From Octopus bimaculoides (lineage: Eukaryota), in contig NC_068982.1 of assembly GCF_001194135.2 (NCBI RefSeq), positions 154,088,433-154,152,432 of the forward strand: 64,000 bases of DNA, given 5' to 3'. A model generated the notes under the pieces. That model was given only the letters and a program-made list of their open reading frames with translations, was not told where the DNA came from and searched no databases. The position numbers and the translations under genes are program-made. Shown here in pieces: positions 63,997 to 64,000 of this stretch (position 1 is the first letter of the stretch; each line of letters opens with the position of its first letter).

Positions 63997-64000
63997 ACTA

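Noticed and set aside
62422-63997. A single 1.57-kb DNA transposon with ~300-bp TIRs
   Set aside because: Each arm has its own 4-bp TSD and the left arm splits a SINE whose 3' half lies between the arms. These are two independent insertions.

Overview
AT-rich, repeat-dense eukaryotic genomic DNA with eight assembly gaps. The SINE families and microsatellite load suggest an octopus or other coleoid cephalopod (inference from recalled repeat families, not a search). There is one well-supported host gene: gamma-secretase subunit APH-1 on the minus strand, with 6 coding exons between 47438 and 35455, all introns GT-AG, encoding 266 aa. The rest is layered mobile DNA: R4/Dong-like, RTE-like, Tx1/L1-like and CRE-like non-LTR fragments, Tc1 and mariner relics, hAT- and piggyBac-type MITEs, a Gypsy-like 3' end, two solo LTRs and many tRNA-derived SINEs. 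The most unusual items are: (1) a ~490-bp fold-back insertion (60596-61088, 13-bp TSD) whose arms each join a tRNA-like Pol III head to a decayed Penelope-type minimal hammerhead ribozyme; (2) a 61-bp copy of sequence just downstream of the APH-1 stop codon inside the neighbouring Tc1 transposase; (3) two inverted solo LTRs with their own 4-bp TSDs and a shared TG...AA end; (4) an ORF1-only Tx1-like element; (5) repeated insertion at one site in a SINE head. Most ORFs in the supplied track are microsatellite or N-gap artefacts.
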